A stretch of 64,000 bases of DNA from positions 1 through 64,000 of the forward strand of contig NIVC01000227.1 in the NCBI GenBank assembly GCA_002269645.1. Reading direction: 5' to 3'. Below, piece after piece: positions 26,992 through 38,564 of the stretch (position 1 is its first letter; every line of letters starts with the position of its first letter). A program made the position numbers and the translations under genes. The stretch comes from Macrostomum lignano (lineage: Eukaryota). The notes below the pieces were generated by a model. The model was not told where the DNA came from, did not search any database, and saw nothing but the letters and a program-made list of their open reading frames with translations.

Positions 26992-29900
26992 TCAGCGCCG
27001 CCTGTTGTTGCCCGACCGCTCGAAGAACATGAAGTCCTGGGCAATGGGTGTGAACGGCGAGTTGTTGTAGCTGTCAGTTATTGTACACTAAAGGTTGACC
27101 CAAGCACTCGATCCAGGTTGACCCAAGCACTCGACTCAGGTTGACCCATGCACTCGACCCAAGTTGAACCAAGCACTCGACCCAGGTTGACCCAAGCACT
27201 CGATCCAGGTTGACCCAAGCACTCGACCCAAGTTGAACCAAGCACTCGACCCAAGTTTACCCAAGCACTCGACCCAAGTTGACCCAAGCACTCGACCCAA
27301 GTTGAACCAAGCACTCGACCCAGGTTGACCCAAGCACTCGATCCAGGTTGACCCAAGCACTCGACCCAAGTTGACCCAAGCACTCGACCCAAGTTTACCC
27401 AAGCACTCGACCCAAGTTGGCCCAAACACTCGACCCAAGTTGACCCAAACACTCGACCCAAGTTGAACCAAGCACTCGACCCAAGTTGACTCAAGCACTC
27501 GACCCAGATTGACCCAAGCACTCGACCCAAGTTGACCCAAGCACTCGACCCAGGTTGAGCCAAGCACTCAATCCAGGTTGACCCAAGCACTCGACCCAGG
27601 TTGATCCAAGCACTCGACCCAAGTTGACCCAAGCACTCGAACCAGGTTGAGCCAAGTACTCGACCCCAGGTTGACCCAAGCACTCGACCCAGGTTGACCC
27701 AAGCACTTGATCCAGGTTGACCCAAGCACTAGACCCAAGTTGAACCAAGCACTCGACCCAAGTTGACCCAAACACTCGACCCAAGTTGACCCAAGCACTC
27801 GACCCAAGTTGAACCAAGCACTCGACCCAAGTTGACTCAAGCACTCGACCCAGATTGACCCAAGCACTCGACCCAAGTTGACCCAAGCACTCGACCCAGG
27901 TTGAGCCAAGCACTCGACCCAGGTTGACCCAAGCACTCGACCCAGGTTGACCCAAGCACTCGACCCAGGTTGACCCAAGCACTCGACCCAGGTTGACCCA
28001 AGCACTCGACCCAGGTTGACCCAAGCACTCGACCCAGGTTGAGCCAAGCACTCGACCCAAGTTGACCCAAGCACTCGACCCAGGTTGATCCAAGCACTCG
28101 ACCCAAGTTGACCCAAGCACTCGAACCAGGTTGAGCCAAGTACTCGACCCCAGGTTGACCCAAGCACTCGACCCAGGTTGACCCAAGCACTTGATCCAGG
28201 TTGACCCAAGCACTAGACCCAAGTTGAACCAAGCACTCGACCCAAGTTGACCCAAACACTCGACCCAAGTTGACCCAAGCACTCGACCCAAGTTGAACCA
28301 AGCACTCGACCCAAGTTGACTCAAGCACTCGACCCAGATTGACCCAAGCACTCGACCCAAGTTGACCCAAGCACTCGACCCAGGTTGAGCCAAGCACTCG
28401 ACCCAGGTTGACCCAAGCACTCGACCCAGGTTGACCCAAGCACTCGACCCAGGTTGACCCAAGCACTCGACCCAGGTTGACCCAAGCACTCGACCCAAGT
28501 TGAACCAAGAACTCGACCCAAGTTGATCCAAGCATTCGACCCAGGTTGACCCAAGCACTCGACCCAAGTTGACGCAAGCACTCGACCCAAGTTGAACCAA
28601 GCACTCGACCCAGGTTGACCCAAGCATTTTTGCTCTCCAGAAATACTTTTTCCAACATTCTCACAACAAAATTGTGCGCGCAGCAGCCCGGAGAAAACAC
28701 GCAATTGCTTCATTTTAACATCAGAAGTCCGGAAGTTGAGACATTGGAAATTTGGTGCTAAAAGAAACTTAATCACTTTAAATATCGCTAATGCGTTTTG
28801 CACTCCCAAAGCTCAGACTCACAATCAGGAAGCAGGCTCCGATGATGGTGGCCTTGGCATCCAGGTGCAGATCCTTTGGGAATGTGATACCGAAGTTGTC
28901 CGCATCCGTGAAGTACTCCTGCAGCAGGTTGGACCACTGCTTGGACACGCGACCGATCTCGTGCTCCCTGTCCTTTGTCACTAGCTGTTTGAGATGCGAG
29001 TAAGTTTTATTGCCTGTTTAATATTATAACTTATCATTGATTGACCCACCTGCTCTAGTCTTCACCTACCATGCACCGGCACACGAGCTATAATCCTGAC
29101 CCACAAACCAGAATCCTGACCCACCAGTTAGACTCCTGACCCACCAATTAGACTCCTGACCCACAAATTAGACTCCTGACCCACCAATTTGAACCCTGAT
29201 GACCCACCGATTAGAATCCTGACCCACCAATTTGAATCCTGATGACCCACCGATTAGACTCCTGACACACCAATTAGACTCCTGACACACCAATTAGACT
29301 CCTGACACACCAATTAGACTCCTGCCTCACCGATTAGACTCCTGAGCCACCTATTAGAATCCTGACCCACCAATTAGAATCCTGACCCACCAACTTGAAT
29401 CCTGACCCACCGATTAGAATCCTGACCCACCAATTAGAATCCTGACCTATGAGCCCGAACGAATCACCCTGACTCACCTTGAACGGGATGTCATCCCCGG
29501 GGCAGTAGCACTTGCAGTAGCTCGGTCCGTCAATGTACAGCACGGTGTCGCCATCCTTGTCCTCGATTTTGTACTTGGCCTCGCAGCAGCCGTAGATCTG
29601 CTTCACCTTGCCGGCCACGCGGCCGGGCGGGGCCTCCACGGTGACCGTGTCGAAACAACACTTCGAGCAGGAGAAGCACTGGCCGTAGCACATGCACTTG
29701 TAGGGCCGGCTGATGTGGATCACCTCCTGGCCCGTGTTGTCCTCCACCGTCATCTCGAATGCGCGCTGGTTGCCGCAGCACTGGCGCTGGCAATTGTCAG
29801 AGTCTGCGGCGCGGTGGGGAGCCACGCTTAGTTAACTTTGGTGGAGCGCTTGGGTCAACTTGTGTCGAGTGCTTGGGTCAACCTGGATCGAGTGCTTGGG

Positions 29901-31995
29901 TCAACCTGGATCGAGTGCTTGGGTCAACTTGGGTCGAGTGCTTGGGTCAACCTGGGTCGAGTGCTTGGCTCAACCTGGATCGAGTGCTTGGGGTCGAGTG
30001 CTTGGGTCAACCTGGATCGAGTGCTTGGGTCAACTTGGGTCGAGTGCTTGGGTCAACCTGGATCGAGTGCTTAGGTCAACCTGGATCGAGTGCTTGGGTC
30101 AACCTGGATCGAGTGCTTGGGTCAACCTGGATCGAGTGCTTGGGTCAACCTGGATCGAGTGCTTGGGTCAACCTGGATCGAGTGCTTAGGTCAACCTGGG
30201 GTCGAGTGCTTGGGTCAACTTGTGTCGAGTGCTTGGGTCAACCTGGGTCGAGTGCTTGGGTCAACCTGGGTCGAGTGCTTGGGTCAACTTGTGTCGAGTG
30301 CTTGGGTCAACCTGGGTCGAGTGCTTGGGTCAACCTGGATCGAGTGCTTGGGTCAACCTGGATCGAGTGCTTGGGTCAACCTGGGTCGAGTGCTTGGGTC
30401 AACCTGGGTCGAGTGCTTGGCTCAACCTGGATCGAGTGCTTGGGGTCGAGTGCTTGGGTCAACCTGGATCGAGTGCTTGGGTCAACTTGGGTCGAGTGCT
30501 TGGGTCAACCTGGATCGAGTGCTTAGGTCAACCTGGATCGAGTGCTTGGGTCAACCTGGATCGAGTGCTTGGGTCAACCTGGATCGAGTGCTTGGGTCAA
30601 CCTGGGTCGAGTGCTTGGGTCAACCTGGATCGAGTGCTTAGGTCAACCTGGGTTAAGTGCTTGGGTCAACTTGGGTCGAGTGCTTGGGTCAACTTGGGTC
30701 GAGTGCTTGGGTCAACTTGGGTCGAGTGCTTGGGTCAACCTGGATCGAGTGCTTGGGTCAACCTGGATCGAGTGCTTGGGTCAACCTGGATCGAGTGCTT
30801 AGGTCAACCTGGGGTCGAGTGCTTGGGTCAACTTGTGTCGAGTGCTTGGGTCAACCTGGGTCGAGTGCTTGGGTCAACCTGGGTCGAGTGCTTGGGTCAA
30901 CTTGTGTCGAGTGCTTGGGTCAACCTGGGTCGAGTGCTTGGGTCAACCTGGATCGAGTGCTTGGGTCAACCTGGGTCGAGTGCTTGGGTCAACCTGGGTC
31001 GAGTGCTTGGGTCAACCTGGGTCGAGTGCTTGGCTCAACCTGGATCGAGTGCTTGGGGTCGAGTGCTTGGGTCAACCTGGATCGAGTGCTTGGGTCAACT
31101 TGGGTCGAGTGCTTGGGTCAACCTGGATCGAGTGCTTAGGTCAACCTGGATCGAGTGCTTGGGTCAACCTGGATCGAGTGCTTGGGTCAACCTGGATCGA
31201 GTGCTTGGGTCAACCTGGGTCGAGTGCTTGGGTCAACCTGGATCGAGTGCTTAGGTCAACCTGGGTTGAGTGCTTGGGTCAACTTGGGTCGAGTGCTTGG
31301 GTCAACTTGGGTCGAGTGCTTGGATCAACTTGGGTCGAGTGCTTGGGTCAACCTGGATCGAGTGCTTGGGTCAACCTGGATCGAGTGCTTGGGTCAACCT
31401 GGATCGAGTGCTTGGGTCAACCTGGGTCTAGTGCTTGGGTCAACCTGGATCGAGTGCTTAGGTCAACCTGGGTCGAGTGCTTGGGTCAACCTGGATCGAG
31501 TGCTTGGGTCAACTTGGGTCGAGTGCTTGGGTCAACCTGGATCGAGTGCTTGGGTCAACCTGGGCCGAGTGCTTGGGTCAACCTGGATCAAATTCTCGGG
31601 TGAGTCAGAGCTGAGGTCTAGCTAAAGCCCTGGCAACAACAAAAAAAGGTTGGCTTGAACACTTACGCTCCTTAGCATAGTAGATCTGCTGGCCCATGGA
31701 GTTCCTCACTACGTACTTGTTCTTCGTTTCCCAGCCAGTCACCACTGCAAATAGAGGGGAATGACAGGTATTGCGTTTTGCATGATTTATTAATGCTCGG
31801 TGGCGTTAGACTAATGCAGGTTAATGCCTACTCACTTTCAAAGAACTCCTTCTTCTGCTTGACCAGCACCTGGTCGAGCTGGGTCAGGTACTCGAGCCCG
31901 GGTGGGCAGTCGCTGCCGCCGCTGGGTTTCGGCATCCAGTTCTCCGGCTGCTGCTGCTGCTGCTGCATGAATGCGGGGTTGACTCGGCCAGCCAT
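26992..31995 (-). CDS. PLSCR: Phospholipid scramblase (PLSCR family), 5 exons, about 256 aa
   Basis: Exons 31995-31836, 31744-31667, 29803-29478, 28984-28823 and 27036-26992, phases consistent. Motifs WMPKP..CPPGLEYL, ETKNKY, RQCCG, EAPPG, FTDADNFGITFP and IGACFLIDFMFFE. Confidence 0.93.
27095..28626. repeat. 23-bp satellite in scramblase intron 4
   Basis: Unit GGTTGACCCAAGCACTCGACCCA on +. Confidence 0.96.
29095..29450. repeat. 20-bp minisatellite in scramblase intron 3
   Basis: Sense unit GTGGGTCAGGA(T/G)TCTAATTG. Confidence 0.9.
29848..31590. repeat. 23-bp satellite in scramblase intron 2, the reverse complement of the intron-4 array
   Basis: Unit TGGGTCGAGTGCTTGGGTCAACC on +. Confidence 0.96.
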
Positions 31996-32809
31996 ATAAT
32001 CAAGATTTAATTTTTAGGTTGAGTCCGCTAAGTCGCACTGTTTCTAGGTAAGCTCTGCTCTCTGCTCTGATGTCGCAGTGGATCGCAAGCTCTTATGAGC
32101 AGTCTCTCTCTCTCTCTCTCTATAACTATAGCTGTGCGCCAATGTGTGCGCTCTCACGGTTGCTTAGCAACCAAGCAAACTACACAATAGCGTTCGCGCG
32201 CCCCCAGCTTATGCCAGCTGAGTATTCTTTTTGTGGGCGTTGAACTGAAAAGGGTGCGGGCTGGCAGAGAACGGGAGGGAGAGAGACAGAGAATGAGATT
32301 GGAGAGGCGGCTGCGCGGGACCAGGGAGTTCGAGGGGGACAGCCATCTGGGGAGGAAACTCCCAGAGAAATAAGCCACGAGATTACAGCCCTATGGGGCC
32401 GCTCTGCCTCTTTAAAGCCTTTTTATTGAAAACTAACTAATTACAAGACTTTGAATGAAGATTTTTAAGACTAAACTTTTAGGAATTGATTAGTTTCCTC
32501 AATCCAGAATTTTCTGTTCTAGCAATCCATGGTGAGTGACGTCGCTAGCGCAGAAGGTCGCTGCTCTACCCTTGGGCTAAAAATAACTGTGAGGTTGAGT
32601 CTACGGCTGCAGACTGTGCTGCAAACCCGCAAAGTCTGAGAAAAAGCTCTATTGGAAGAGTCTGGCAGGAAAAAGGAAAAAGTAAAGAAGAGTGGCTTCA
32701 CTGGAAGACACTTCAAAGCCCGTCTCTAATTACCTTTGGCTAAATTTGGCTGGCAACATGGCCTACCATGGATACAGCCAACAATATGAAAAATTAAATT
32801 AATTATAGA

Positions 32810-33730
32810 GAACCAAGATAGAATTGCATTGACAATCAAGATAGAATCAGATAGTGAGTCAAGATAGAATTGGATAGTGAGTCAAGATAGAATTGGATAG
32901 AGAGTCAAGATAGGATTGGATAGAGAATCAAGATAGACTTGGATAGAGAATCAAGATAGAACTGGAAAGAGAATCAAGATAGATTTGGATAGACAATCAA
33001 GATAGATTTGGATAGAGAGTCAAGATAGGATTGGATAGAGAATCAAGATAGAATCGGATAGAGAGTCAAGATAGATTTGGATAGAGAGTCAAGATAGGAT
33101 TGGATAGAGAATCAAGATAGACTTGGATAGAGAATCAAGATAGAATTGGATAGAGAATCAAGATAGATTTGGATAGACAATCAAGATAGATTTGGATAGA
33201 GAGTCAAGATAGGATTGGATAGAGAATCAAGATAGAATCGGATAGAGAGTCAAGATAGGATTGGATAGAGAATCAAGATAGATTTGGATAGACAATCAAG
33301 ATAGATTTGGATAGAGAGTCAAGATAGGATTGGATAGAGAATCAAGATAGAATCGGATAGAGAGTCAAGATAGATTTGGATAGAGAGTCAAGATAGGATT
33401 GGATAGAGAATCAAGATAGAATCGGATAGAGAGTCAAGATAGATTTGGATAGAGAGTCAAGATAGGATTGGATAGAGAATCAAGATAGAATTGGATAGAG
33501 AATCAAGAAAGAGATAGTGAGAAATTGGATAGATAGAAAATCAAGATAGAATTGAATAGACAATCAAGATAGATTTGGATAGAGAGTCAAGATAGGATTG
33601 GATAGAGAGTCAAGATAGGATTGGATAGAGAATCAAGATAGAATTGGATAGAGAATCAAGATAGAATTGGATAGAGAATCAAGATAGAATTGGATAGAAA
33701 GTCAAGATAGAATTGGATAGAGAACAAAGA
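32810..33730. repeat. 23-bp purine-rich minisatellite
   Basis: Unit ATCAAGATAGAATTGGATAGAGA and variants. Confidence 0.93.
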
Positions 33731-33917
33731 TAGAGACGAATGCAGACTAAGGTGACTCAAATCAGTTCCAAAAAAAATCCGAATGTTGGGTTTCCAATCG
33801 GCAGCAAACCAATCCAGTTCATGAAGTTCGAATTTTTCACTTTCTATTTTCAAATTTACTTTCTCAACCAGGGCGGCATCTGCCATCTGTCCACCATCGT
33901 CTCTCAATCTAAAAGTC

Positions 33918-36127
33918 TCAGAACACCATGTCATGCGGCCGCTGGCCGCTCTTCAGCGAGAACAGACTGCTCAGGTAGCCCAGCATGAGCTTCTTGTCCG
34001 GTCGGCCCAGCTTCACCAAGGCCGACATCACCTGGCTGTCGACCGATTTCTGGTCCTCGCGACGCTCCTGGGCGAGCTGGTAGGCGGCCTCCGGGCGGGT
34101 GAACGGGTCCTGGGCTGCTGGACTGGCCTTCTGCTTGGACTGCTTCTTGGTCCTGTCAGCGGGTTTGAGAATGGGCTAGCTTTAAATGGTAGTTGAGGGC
34201 TGAGGATCGACATCGTGCCGCAAAACCAGTGCTGACGCCAATTCTGCCCATTCCACTGACTCTTGAGTAGGGATTGCAATCCCGGGATCCCGGACACTTT
34301 TTGGCCTAACGGAATCCCGGGATTAGGGGCTCGGGATCCCGGGATAGGAAACTTTTTTGATAAAGTGGGTGATATCCAGGAAATGTCAAAATGTTCGTAT
34401 TTTAAATACATTACACAAGTAACATTCGCGCGTTGTGATTATGAGTCATGATCGTGACGTGACTCTCGATTCTCGAATCGTGATACAATACAAATTATTC
34501 AATACAGACAATACATGCGAGTCTCAAACTTGTGTTGTGTTTGTGTATTGGACTGCCTGTGTTACTTGTGTAACTTGTGAGGTTGTGTAACTTGTGTTAT
34601 GTACATAAAAGCATTGAAAAATGACTGGGAGATAATTTTGATTGCATGCATTACGAGCTCGAAGTTACAAGTGTAGAAAATAACAAATCAAGAAAAAACC
34701 ATTGTATATTAGATAATAGATACTCGGTAATGCTGTCAAGTCGAGAAATATGAAATGTATTACACACTATTACTGCTTTAAAGGCGGGTTTTCTGGCTTT
34801 CTATCGGCAAAAATATTTAAAATGTCAATCCCGGGATTGGGTCCGGGATCCCGGGATTGGGTCATTGCTTCGTCCGGGATCCCGGGATCGTAGAACAGCC
34901 GGGATTTGCCATCCCTACTCCTGAGCACCCAGACACCGCTCACTCAGGGTGCACAGAGGTCCTGACTGTCTAATCATCAGGCATGTACACTCTCTGTGCC
35001 TTAGGGGGTTGGCCCTCAGGGCTGTGAATCGCGCGACAACCGCCACGAACCAACCTTCTAAAATAGGCATCGTTGAGCCGCTCCGGCAGCCGCAGGTCCC
35101 CCAGCTCCAGCCGAGTCCTGGTGGCGATCACGAAGCTCTGGCAGACGCGTCTCAGCGGGCAGCCATTGACCTTGAATGGCCCCGTGACCAGCAGCAGTCC
35201 GCTGGCCAGCTGTTTCAGGAACACCACCCGCTTGCCGCGGTGCCGGCCGGCCAGCAGGATCAGCACGCTGCCCGGCTGGATGGAGGCTCTGAGACGGCGC
35301 CGCTGCCGCGCGAAGGTCTTGACTGGACGGAGACGGCGCGGCTTCGAGGTAGGCTCGGTGGGCAGACTACGGGGCTGGCGGCGGCTGGCCACCTGAATGG
35401 GGATTGGGGAATGCCTAGATTTCTCTCCGTTATTGAAGGGGATTTTTGTCTTCTGGGGGGAGGGGATTTCACACATTGCTTAAGACTGGAGTTTTTAACT
35501 TTGTCTAAAGAGGGGAATTTCTCACTTTGTCTAGCAAGGGGCAAGGGGAATTTCTCACTTTGTCTAGAGAGGGGAATTTCTCACTTTGTCTAGAGAGGGG
35601 AATTTCTCACTTTGTCTAGAGAGGGGAATTTCTAATTTGTCTAGCAAGGGGCAAGGGGAATTACTCAATTTGTCTAGCAAGGGGCAAGGGGAATTTCTTA
35701 CTTTGTCTAGAGAGGGGAATTTCTCACTTTTTCTAGCAAGGGAAATTACTCACTTTGTCTAGAGTGTGGGCAATTTCTAGATTAGTCTATGGTAGAAAAT
35801 TTCTTCTCGCCTCCGGCCTACCTGCCGAGTCCCTCCATTCTTATCGCCGCCGATGGGCTTCTCAACCGTGGCCGGTCGCTGCTGAGCGGCGGTGCTGGGC
35901 GCTCCCTTCAGCTTCCTGGCCAGCTTGTTGGCCGCCGACTTCTTGGCCAGCCTGTACAGGGCTTTGCGTTGAAACACCCGAGCCCGACTGTGGAGCATCA
36001 CCCCGCTGTAGCTCAGCTGCTCATTGCGGATACGGCTGCGGCGACTGGGGGCCTGCGACGGCGGCGGCTGAGGTGCCTGACCGGCTGCAGCAGCTTTGGA
36101 GGCGGCCACGGGGGCAACTGCAGCTGT
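33918..36127 (-). CDS. RPL6: 60S ribosomal protein eL6-like coding exons (no ATG of their own; see fusion finding)
   Basis: Exons about 36127-35822, 35392-35055 and 34152-33918. Motifs RNEQL..GV..SR....[75 protein letters not shown] and [19 protein letters not shown]. The 5' boundary of the first exon is uncertain. Confidence 0.92.
34268..34917. mobile_element. Non-autonomous hAT-type DNA transposon (650 bp) in the last eL6 intron
   Basis: TIRs TAGGGATTGCAATCCCGG / CCGGGATTTGCCATCCCTA, subterminal CCCGGGATCCCGG repeats, and an 8-bp TSD CTCTTGAG (34260-34267) / CTCCTGAG (34918-34925) matching at 7 of 8 positions. Confidence 0.85.
35505..35780. repeat. About 26-bp minisatellite in an eL6 intron
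   Basis: Unit GGGGAATTTCTCACTTTGTCTAGAGA. Confidence 0.88.
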
Positions 36128-36179
36128 CTTTTCAATTGCAGGAAAATGTTAATTAGTGTTTCTTTGTCATGTGTATCAG

Positions 36180-36770
36180 CCCCTTCTCTACCTGTCCCAC
36201 CCTTCATCTACCTGTATCACCCCTTTATCTAACTGTCTCACCCTTTATCTACCTGTCCCATCCTTCATCTACCTGTCTCACCCTTTCATCTACCTGTCTC
36301 ACCCCTTCATCTACTTGTCTCACCCCTTCATCTATCTGTCTCACCCCTTCATCTACCTGTCTCACCCCTTCATCTACCTGTCTCACCCCTTCATCTACCT
36401 GTCTCACCCTTTCATCTACCTGTCTCACTCCTTCATCTCCCTGTCTCACCCTTTCATCTACCTGTCTCACCCTTTCATCTACCTGTCTCACCCTTTCATC
36501 TACCTGTCTCACCCCTTCATCTATCTGTCTCACCCCTTCATCTCCCTGTCTCACCCCTTCATCTACCGGTCTCATCCCTTCATCTATCTGTCTCACCCCT
36601 TCATATACCTGTCTCACCCATTCATATACCTGTCTCACCCATTCATATACCTGTCTCACCCATTCAACTACATGTCTCACCCCTTCATCTCTCTGTCGAA
36701 TCCCTTTATCTCCCTGTCTCACCCCTTCAACTAAATGCCTCACCCCATCCTACCTGTCTAATCTGTTCAT
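36180..36770. repeat. 21-bp CT-rich minisatellite (TGTCTCACC core) between the EF-hand and eL6 exons
   Basis: Unit ACCTGTCTCACCCCTTCATCT. Confidence 0.92.
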
Positions 36771-36838
36771 GTCGCAACTCTCAACCCACCACTAAATTGT
36801 CTCATAAGTGGTTATGTAAAAAAAATTGTTAATTTTAC

Positions 36839-38134
36839 CTGCACGACCTCCTCTTGCACAGGCGGCTTCACAGTCTCCACAGTGACCCGCGTCTCTTCCT
36901 GCTCCTTACGTCTCTTCGCAACTTTCACCGCACGTGCCGTCTTGCCAGACTGAAGCAAAATGCAAAAAACACATTTCTGCATAATGCTACTCATAGTAGG
37001 TGAAATCAAGTTTTTTCTTAACCTTTTTGCCTTTGCTCTGCTGCGACTTGTGCTTGGCAATGACGTCCTTCTTAGGCGGGAGGCCCAGCGCGTTGCAGTA
37101 TTCGTCGTAGGTGATGCGGCCGTTCTGATCAGCGTCGAACAGCATCAGCCACTTCTGCACGAACGTCTCTTGGTAGTTCATCTTGCGGCAGTAGCTGCGG
37201 TAGGGGGGTGTTAGACATGATGGTGTTACCTGTTAGACATGGTGGTGTCACCTGTTAGACATGGTGGTGTCACCTGTTAGACATGATGATATTATCCTGT
37301 TAGACATGATGGTGTCATCTGTTAGACTTGATAGCAACTTTTAGACACGATAGCACTTGTTAGACATGATAGCACCCGTTAGACTTGATAGAACTTGTTA
37401 GACACGATAGCACCTGTTAGACACGATAGCACCTGTTAGACAGGATAGCACCTGTTAGACACGATAGCACCTGTTAGACACGGTAGCACCTGTTAGACAC
37501 GATAGCACCTGTTAGACACGATAGCACCTGTTAGACAGGATAGCACCTGTTAGACACGATAGCACCTGTTAGACACGGTAGCACCTGTTAGACACGATAG
37601 CACCTGTTAGACACGGTAGCACCTGTTAGACACGATAGCACCTGTTAGACACGATAGCAACTGTTAGACACGATAGCACCTGTTAGACACGATAGCACCT
37701 GTTAGACACGATAGCACCTGTTAGACACGATAGCACCTGTTAGACACGGTAGCAACTGTTAGACACGATAGCACCTGTTAGACACGATAGCACCTGTTAG
37801 ACACGATAGTACCTGTTAGACATGATAGCAACTGTTAGACACGATAGCACCTGTTAGACACGATAGCACCTGTTAGACATTGGCACGCCCTGCAACTTGA
37901 AGCTACTTGGTTCAAAGGCTACCCAGAAGAACCCAGCCTCACCTTTGCAGCTCATCAACTGTGATTTCGCCAGAGTGGTCCGTATCGATCGACAGGAAGG
38001 CCTTGTGGAAATCCATGCCCTCATCCTAGATTGAAAAATGTGAATTGACAAAATCGTCATTCTTTCGAAATTTAATCTTCGTAGATTAATTAGAATCAAT
38101 CAATTAGATTAGTTGTTACCTGAGCTGACGCCAT
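36839..38134 (-). CDS. EF-hand pair protein resembling the N-terminal domain of flatworm tegumental allergen-like (TAL) proteins; 4 exons, no stop codon
   Basis: Exons 38134-38120 (MASAQ), 38025-37943, 37194-37023 and 36949-36839, phases 0/2/0. Two canonical loops, DTDHSGEITVDE and DADQNGRITYDE. TAL-like context KAFLSID...YC...KWLMLFD...EYCNALG. The last exon ends at a CAG|GTAAAA donor. Confidence 0.88.
37210..37880. repeat. 19-bp minisatellite in an EF-hand gene intron
   Basis: Sense unit GTGCTATCGTGTCTAACAG. Confidence 0.94.
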
Positions 38135-38564
38135 TTTAATTTGTCACTAAGAAGCACAATCTGCAACTTTGTTGCACAAAGCTATACCTTCTTTTAGTCT
38201 TGACGCAAAAAGCAGAATAAGTTGCTTTCCCCAAGTGGCTTCAGCTTCAAATATCCCCCCTCCGGGTCATTCCCACCCTTGGCACTGACCGAACGCTCTT
38301 CGTGCGCAAGGGTGTACACTGATTCCACTTTTCCTAACTACGTTAGGAATCTGGACTGGGAAGCAAGTTGTACAATATGCCAGTTTTAGAAGTCCTTGTA
38401 GCCTAGCTAGGGATGCTGAATCTAAAAAAGCAATAAGATCGCACTGGACGGGCAAGGGTTCTTTGTTTTCTTCCTTCAACGGAGCATCCAAGGAGGCCAT
38501 GGACACAAATCTGGTAGACCTCACTTTCTACCGAAGCTATCACTTCTGTTTAGCCGAATATTGG

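Noticed and set aside
32040-32540. Plus-strand donor-like sites TAG|GTAAGC and ATG|GTGAGT upstream of the scramblase
   Set aside because: No downstream plus-strand coding exon could be linked to them.
33918-34020. Apparent frameshifts in the last eL6 exon
   Set aside because: Codon-by-codon reading gives an intact frame ending [12 protein letters not shown].
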